Below are positions 55,391-64,000 of a DNA stretch of 64,000 nucleotides, in pieces (the stretch's first letter is position 1; each line of letters begins with the position of its first letter). The translations under genes were made by a program, and so were the position numbers. Location of the stretch: the NCBI RefSeq assembly GCF_009914755.1, contig NC_060926.1; one strand, 5' to 3'. The DNA comes from the human T2T-CHM13v2.0 reference genome, Homo sapiens. Below the pieces are notes generated by a model, which saw nothing but the letters and a program-made list of their open reading frames with translations, did not search any database and had not been told where the DNA came from.

Positions 55391-56349
55391 TTAAATATAA
55401 CTATCCCTGAAGTGCTGAGAAACTGATTTACCCACATGCTCTTCATTTTGAACTTGGACTACTTCTGCCACCTACTCTGTTTCCCCTTCCAATTTTTGAG
55501 TCATAGGAAATTATTTCATTGCTTTTATTTTCACCAGGGATGGGCAGGGGAAGGAAACTGAAGCATATTAAATGTGCTACTTGTTAGGTGCTTTGTGGGA
55601 AGACAATTGAGATTTTGTTTGCTTGGCTGTTTTTTAAGACTGAAGTGGGACTTCCAGCCTTGGTAGGGTGACGAGGTCAGTAAATCCTCTCTCCCCTCCC
55701 CATCCAAGAAACTGGAAAACTGGAGAATATTGTCCAAAAGTACCACTTCAAGGCTCTTTGATATGTATTGCAAATATTTTTTCTCAGTTTATCATTTGTC
55801 TCTTAATTTTACTTATAATGATTTTTCCATCAGAAAATTTTCAAGTTTATATGGTTGACCTCTGAGATTTATGCCATATTTGTAAAGAATTTTCGCACCC
55901 TGAGAAAGGTCTCATAGTCACTGGGAAACCAATTTACACTAGTCATTATCTTGCATTAATTTTCTTGGTTTTATTTTTGGTTTCTTGATGAGATTTGGAA
56001 AGCAATCTAGAGTCCTGGTGGGAGATTGAGATAATGCTCTAGTTTCCTGATAAGATTTGAAAAAGCCTTAGCTTCATTAGCAGCATATTTTTAAAACATC
56101 ATCTGTTCTGTGACAAGTTCTCCCATTTCGCTGTGTCTAGATATCACCTAGAAAACTTGTTTAAAATACTGATTCCCCACTCTGACTTCCAGAGAGAGAG
56201 TTGGGTGAGGTCTGGGAAATCTGCCTTTTTAATCAAGTTCCAAATGACAGTGATGTGGATCATCTGCCAGGTGCACTCTTTAATACCCTGGTTCAAGGGG
56301 CATTTTATTGCATTTGATTAAATTTAGGCTAGGTCTTCCATAGGGGAGT

Positions 56350-56746
56350 ATATCAATCAGGATCCCAGTAGGAGACAAACGTTGCATTCAAATTAAGATA
56401 TACTGTTTGCAAGGGTGTGGGCAAGGAAGAGGGGACCACATGGGGAAATAAGAGAATGCTGCTGTAGGCCGGGCACAGTGGCTCACACTTGTAATCCCAG
56501 CACTTTGGGAGGCCAAGGCAGGCAGATCACGAGGTCAGGAGATTGAGACCGTCTTGGTTAACATGGTGCAACCCCGTCTCTACTAAAAATACAAAAATTA
56601 GCCAGGCGTGGTGGCGGGCACCTGTAGTCCCAGCTACTCGGGAGGCTGAGACAGGAGAATGGTGTGAACCCAGGGAGGAGGAGCTTGCAGTGAGCTGAGT
56701 TCATGCCACTGCACTCCAGCCTGGGCAACAGAGCGAGACTCCATCT

Positions 56747-56780
<34 letters not shown>

Positions 56781-57127
56781 AGAGAATGCTGCTATAACCT
56801 CTGGACCTGAAGGCATGATGAGAGGGAATGGTTACTACAGCTGGAGAGAGTCCTATATGGTTGGTCCCCTTGAGAGGAGCAGTAAATATGGCTGATCTCT
56901 TTGGTCAAGGTACACAGCCAAACTGAGTTGGCAAAAGTGGAGAATACATACCCTGACTTCATCTCCCTTGACCCTCCACCCCCAACCCTGATTTCCTGCT
57001 AGAGGTCCCCATAAGCCGTGGGTGTGAGCCCTTGAGGTTGCCCATAGGGGTCAGCCTCCTGGGGCAGAAAGTAGGGTGGAGAAAGGTGGCAAGTAGATCT
57101 GAGGAATAAGGAAAGGATATCTGGCAC
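56350..57127 (-). mobile_element. Old ERVL-type LTR (LTR33-like) split by an Alu
   Basis: GGGGTCAGCCTCCTGGGGCAG..GGGTGGAGA..ATCTGGCACA terminus. Confidence 0.55.
56467..56777 (+). mobile_element. Alu (AluY/Sc-like)
   Basis: Full dimer with about 30-nt poly(A); TSD AGAGAATGCTGCT(G/A)TA. Confidence 0.93.
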
Positions 57128-58844
57128 AGGACCTATGGAAGAATTACATCACAGAGTACAAAATGTGTGACAGAGAAAGAAAAGCCACAGGGAAACAGGC
57201 AAGCCAGTGATTCTTAAAGGGAAGTCATGGGAAAGAAGATTTGGGAGTAAAACTTATCATCTGGTATTTAAATAAGAAAACCGTATTTTCTGTACCATAG
57301 ATTGGAACAAATAATCTATGCTTTGCTTTGAAAAGTTATTACAGGTAATGTTTTATGTTGGTTGCACATTTAATTAACAGTCTTATTGAAAAGTAAATTT
57401 ATATTAAATTATTAAATTAAATCTGGCCTAATTCTAGAAAATGACGTTATTGTATCCATATCCCAAACAAACAAGCCACAAAAAAATTGTTCATTTTACT
57501 GCTGAGTTTTAAGTTGACTTCACCCTGTACCAACTTTCTGATAAGAGTGAACCACAAATGCCAACAAAAATTGATAGTAATCACCCTGGAGCCTGCCCTT
57601 TCCACACCCAACCAGCACTGGCTTGGATTCTGTCTATGTCAAACTTGAAAGCTCTGGCCCTGAAAACTGTATCTCTATTCTGCATTAACCTTTTTGACTT
57701 ATTTTTGGAGTAGACCTGGTATCATAGGTATTCACTGGTTATCAGTTATTCTTTGCCACGCAGGATTGCTGGGATTGATTTTGCTTACTTCAGATTTAGT
57801 GTGGCTTTTTTGTGCATTTAATATTCAGCATGGTCTGGGAAGTGGCTATTTGCATTTCTAAATATCCTCATCAACAGGAAGGAATCAACAGTGATCCTTT
57901 TAGTGACATGCACAACTGCCAACATCTTACAGTCATTTCCAGAATCTCCTGGTTCATTTAGCAAATACCACATATGAGCCATCACAGTAACTCAATTGTC
58001 AAGCGCGTTGGTGCCAATTAAACTGTTTTTCTTTTCTTCTCAAGATGTTTCTCTCATTTCCCTACGGGCTGTTCTACGGTTCTGTTGGAAGTCAAAATCT
58101 AGTAAGAGCAGAGCATCTGATATATTTGTGTCTTTCCTTGTAGAACAATTTCATCAACAGGAAGGTAAAGAAAGCAATGAGGAAAACAGTTATGTTGAAC
58201 TTAATTTTAACCAACAAAGATCTGGTTAATGATTTAAACATGACCAAAACCTTGGGAGAAAGGAATGATATCATTTAAAGTTAGTCCCTGACCAGGCGCC
58301 GTGTTGGACCCTGCATTAAGAGAGAAGCATGCAGTGGCAAAGCCGTACCTTCACAGTGCTCATTGCTCATTGGCCATCTCTAGGAACAAACACAGAACTG
58401 CATGCAAATCTCTGTGAAGTCATGGTGTTGCAAGGGCTCATGTCCAGTTGTACTTTTTAAATTGGAATCTATTGTCCTAATGTTTTATTTGTTGAGATTT
58501 GTGGTGTGATTCAAAATGTGAAAGATACAAAAGGAAATGCAATAGAAATTCTGTCACTCTGTTTCTTAGCTACCTAGTTCTTCTCCCTATGAGCAGTTCA
58601 TTTTACCAGTTTCTTGAGAATCCTTTCAAACAAAATACTTTGCATATGTAAACAAATGCAAATAATATATTTTATCAAAGCTAAGATGCCATGGTTTGCA
58701 AGATGTGCCATTGTTGCGTATACTACTGCAAAAGAAAAATTTTCAAAGCCCTGTCAATTAAACTACGATATGGTATCTATTACACAATGCATTCTAATTT
58801 CAGAGACAACAAATGTGAAAATGTATGCATCTTAGAATGAATGA

Positions 58845-59083
<239 letters not shown>

Positions 59084-59306
59084 TTTTTAAAAATTGTTTT
59101 AAAAGACGAACTTATGTCTGACATAAAAGAAAACACAAAGTATTATGAAATCTAGATCTTTTACAGAAGTTACACCCTCTGAGCCTGAACAAATACAAAC
59201 CACGGCACTAAAACAAACACAGAGGTATGACAATTAGTGTTGTGGACTTTTGTGAAATAATGAAGAAAAGAAGAAGGGACTTTAGAAGAGGTAAAAGATT
59301 ATTACT

Positions 59307-59682
<376 letters not shown>

Positions 59683-60379
59683 TTATTAAACAGATGGTTT
59701 GTTAGATTTAAAGAGTAAAAATGGCATACATTTTTAATTTTTAAAAAAGGAGATGATTAGAAAGAACCAGGAATATACACAGGATTATGCCACAGCTGGG
59801 TTGTGGCTGTGATATGGGGAAAGAACCAAGGAGATACTTGCTTTGGCAGGCCCTTAAATGAGTATACCCTATATAGAATTTCCTTTCTCTGATGCTGTGA
59901 GTGACACACTACAGAGAACAACAGGTATAACAGGGTGAAGAATGGAACTGGTTCAAGTTCTGTTTCAGACAATAACTAGTGAGCATGGGCAAGTCACTTC
60001 ATTTTGTTTTTCCTTCTCTAAAATAAGGAGATTGCATCTATTAATTCCTAAATTCCTTTCCACTAATTCCATTGTATTGCTAATCTGATAGGTCAGGAAA
60101 ATCTGGAAGAGCTAGAGTTATTTGATGTAATCAAAATGTCTGATATTATCTGTGATATATTGGTGGAAGTGATGAAGAAATGTGGATTAGGTTCCCATCG
60201 AATTCCAATCAGTCTGATATCTGGGACCTCATGAGAGGCCTGGAGCAGAGCCACTCAGCTAAGCCGTTGCTGGATTCCTGACTCTGAGTTGGTGTAAGAC
60301 AATATATGCTTATAGCTTTAAGCCACCAGGTTTTAGGGTAATTTGTTTTACAGCAATATAGGACTAGGACTAATATGCA

Positions 60380-60790
60380 CACTTGAAGAGACACTGACAA
60401 ACCTAAGTATGTCCCAAGAAGGACAGCCAGGAGGGCACTAGGTTTGAAGTCCTGTCACATGTGGAATACACTTGAGGTGGTAAGTAGGGCGGGTCTAATG
60501 AGGACCTGATGGCTGTGTACAAGTATCTTCCAGCCTATGAAGGAGTGGGCAAACCTTCTGTATGTGATTCCAGGAGGCAAAATAATGGTGAAAGTAGCTT
60601 TGGGTTCTTATTTAGAAATCACTTTCTAACAGTTATAACTGACCCATGTGAGAAAGGGGCCCAGAAAGAGATTTAACAGAAGGGTCTCATCTGAGGCTTG
60701 ATGATGCTGTCAGAAATGTTGCTGCAGAGGTCCCTACATGGGAAGAAAAGATGTCTCCGTACGGATCTCAGGGTTTGGGATTCTGTTTTA
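60380..60790 (+). mobile_element. L3/CR1-like fragment
   Basis: GACACTGACAAACC..GACCTGATGGCTGTGTACAAGTATCT. Confidence 0.5.
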
Positions 60791-62229
60791 GGATACTCCA
60801 TCTGCAATTCAGAGTGGATCACAGCTAAGCTCTTAGCTTAAATGGATATAAAGAGATGTTCCTTCTGCATGAAACTACAAGGTATTGGAGTTCAGGATCT
60901 CTGCCCAGTGCTGAAGCCTGAACAAAAATGTGACAGCTTACCCACCCACCTTGTGGGGTGAGGATTTTCACAATTATGTTATTCTACATCTTCACCAACC
61001 TCTAACATTTTCTATGTGTTTTCACATACCTTCTCTGGTTTGAGACCAACACTGTGAGTAGGTGGCAGGAATGACTTGCCTCTTTTGTATAGAAGAGGAC
61101 TCTGAGACTCAGAGCCATTAAGTGATTCACTTGGAATCACACAGCTGGTAACTAACTAGTTAGGCAGGGACTTGGTGCCTGGATCCTGTTCATGTTCTAG
61201 GAGAAATGTCACAGGAAAGCTGAACTTCAGGTGAATAGATCTTGCTTGGAAGATGACCAGAAGAGTCTTTGGGAAACTTTAAGCCTAATTAGAGCAAATG
61301 AACCAGTGAAGGAGATACTAGTCTCAATCTGTATTTACAACATGCCTTTCCAGAGACAGCCTTCCACCTGCCTTTTCTGAACCAAACTTGTTAATTGAAG
61401 GAATAAGTGTGTGGTTGCTTGATTTGAAAATCAGACACTTAGACAGTTTCCTTTACTGGAAAAAAAAAAAAAAACAACAACAACCAGTTATCTTCTAAGG
61501 AAGATAAGGGGCAGTGAGAAGGAAGTGTGATTTTCTGAAACTGTGGGGGTGCAAGAGAAAAATTGGTGATAATAACCGGGAAAGTGAGTGTTTAAAGCCT
61601 TATATTCCCTGTGGTAAGCTGAACCTTTTTCTCTTAAAAGCTTAGCTTCTGCTCACTGGGTAATTTCTTATAAATATTTGGAGGGAAAGGGAGACTCTGG
61701 CTTTGTTCCTAGTTATGCCACCCCTGAAAGCTAATGGCCCAGTTCAAACAGGGTGAGTATACCTTTTCCAGGATAATGTGTCCTACAGGCTGAGGGAGGG
61801 TGGATTGGGGGAATGGGGGAACTAGAATAGGAAAAGTAAATAGAGCAGCCTCCTTTTTCAAATAAACTTTTGGCTCACACCTGCACTGGTCACTAGGCCT
61901 GGGTAGAAACGAGCCCGAAAGCCCGAGATAGGCAAATACTCTCGTTATCTTTTCATCTCTGAGTGATCAGTGGTCCCGAGGTAACCTAGGAGCCCAGGTC
62001 TCCAGCGAGCCATGTGAAAGCTCTGTGTCATTTCATACACAGGGTGGTATTTCTTTCTTAAACAATCACTCCAGACTCATTTCATCAGAGTTAGTTCCTC
62101 CTTTCCAGGGACTCTGAAGATATTTTTCTGCTGTCTATGGGGAAAGAATGATGGAGAAGCCTGAACCCAAAGGTTCCCTCATTCATCCTTTGCCTTCAAC
62201 CTTAAACCTTTTCTAAGGAGGCAGAAATT

Positions 62230-62470
62230 CCTAGCGTGAAAAACATGGGATTTGGAACCCAATAGAGCACCAGGAATCCTATTTCCATCACTTACAAGAT
62301 GTGTGAATATAGGCACATTATGTCCTTCTGGGGCCAGTTTTCACATATATAAAACAGAATACTACGACTACTTACTTCATGAGATTCTTGTGAGGATTGG
62401 ATGAGATTGTGTATGTAAAACATCTAACATGGGTCCGGGGTCATGACACTTGCACAACAAATATTATTTC
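62230..62470 (+). mobile_element. MIR
   Basis: CCATCACTTAC..CAGTTTTCACATATATAAAA..GTGAGGATT. Confidence 0.7.
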
Positions 62471-62949
62471 CTTTGCTTCCACCTTCTACTCCTAGCTCTG
62501 CCAGAATCTCCAACTATGTCAGTTACCTGAGCAGATTCACCTAGAGGAGTGAATCTACCAAATGTCCCGTTCTTATGGAAGCCTAAAAGCTCATAGAGAG
62601 ACATTCCTGAGTTTTACTCCCAGGAAGGAGAAATGTTTGTACTGAACAATCCACTGTACTGTTTATCTGGCTTTTGTGTGTCCAAGGGCATGCATTTGAA
62701 GACAATTGACCAAGATGAGGGGCACTATCTCTAGCTAGGACCAGGATAAAATGTGTGGTGAGGAGAACTTATGAATTTGTGTTTAGCTATGGAGCAAGGC
62801 ACAGGCTAACCGGCCCTCTTACAGTCAAAGTTGGGATGCTAAAGAAAGACTCCAAGCAAACTTGCAGAGTCCACGAGCTCCTCTTTCTGACCCCCAGACT
62901 CCCCTTTTTGGATCTTTATTTCTTTTAAGCCCTCAGCAAGCCCATGCCC

Positions 62950-63433
62950 TCTGAATTAGCTTCCCATGGCTGCTGCAACAAATTAACACACAATGGGAGA
63001 TTTCAAGAAACAGAAATTTGTTCTCTCACAATTCTAGAGCCCAGAAGTCCAAAGTCAAGGTGTCAGCTGGGCCTTCCCCCTTCCAGAGGCTGAAGGGGAG
63101 AAACCTTCCTTGCCTCTTCCAGCTTGTGGTGGCTGTCTGCATTCCCTAGCTTCCGTGGCTTGTGACCTCATCACTCCACTCTCTGCCTCTGTCTTCAAGT
63201 CACTTTCTCTTCTGTGTCTGCATCAATGTCTATTTCACTCTTATAAGGATACTTGCCATTCAATTTAGGGCCTACCTGGATAATCCAGGATGATTTCTTC
63301 ATCTCAAGATCTTTAACTTAATTATATTTGTAAAGATTCTTTTTCCAAATAATAGTCACAGTTCCAAGGATTAGGTTCCAGAGATTAAGACATGGACATA
63401 TCTTTTTGAAGGCACTGTGCAAGCCACTATACC
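62950..63433. mobile_element. MLT1C-like MaLR LTR
   Basis: GCTGCTGCAACAAATTA..CAGAAGTCCAAAGTCAAGGTGTCAGC..ATCTCAAGATCTTTAAC. Confidence 0.8.
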
Positions 63434-63455
63434 ACCTAAACCTTTTTATCTTTAA

Positions 63456-63752
<297 letters not shown>

Positions 63753-64000
63753 TAACCCCTATTAGGGAGCTGACCAACTAATTCTGGCAATGTGAGTCCA
63801 TGTATTACTCTTCCCAGGGGTATTTGCACTAGAAATATCACAATAACCTAAAAGAAAAGGGCAATTATTAATTCAAAAGGAAAAATAGTCGCCAATAGTG
63901 CCATTTTAGGCATAGCAAGGAACTTTTTCTTTTTATCATTTTCTTCTCATCAGTGAGAAAACTTTTCCTGGAAAGCTCTCTCCAGAAAACTCTCCAACTC

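Overview
Primate (almost certainly human) genomic DNA, not prokaryotic. The window holds the 5' half of SRBD1 (S1 RNA-binding domain 1, the eukaryotic homologue of bacterial Tex, related to Spt6) on the minus strand. A CpG-island promoter and non-coding exon 1 lie at about 46.1-46.5 kb. Coding exons 2-9 (40485 down to 8260, 1305 nt = codons 1-435, all GT-AG and frame-consistent) follow, and the gene continues past position 1. The rest is intron plus about 17.5 kb of upstream DNA, dominated by Alu, L1, L2, MIR, LTR and DNA-transposon relics and one near-full-length 7SL retropseudogene. Apart from the two ORFs overlapping exons 4 and 5 in frame, the ORF track is repeat-derived or chance. I see no demonstrably new biological system. 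The best leads are: exon 2 starts exactly on the ATG and is flanked by complementary Alus (potential stop-less circRNA ORFs); an inverted local duplication preserves a pre-Alu empty site; a UG repeat sits next to an antisense Alu (candidate cryptic exon); the N-terminal extension carries histone-binding-like and SUMO motifs; there is a 311-bp A/T-only minisatellite; and there is a perfect 16-bp hairpin. Repeat family names come from recalled consensus sequences and boundaries are approximate unless target-site duplications (TSDs) are quoted.
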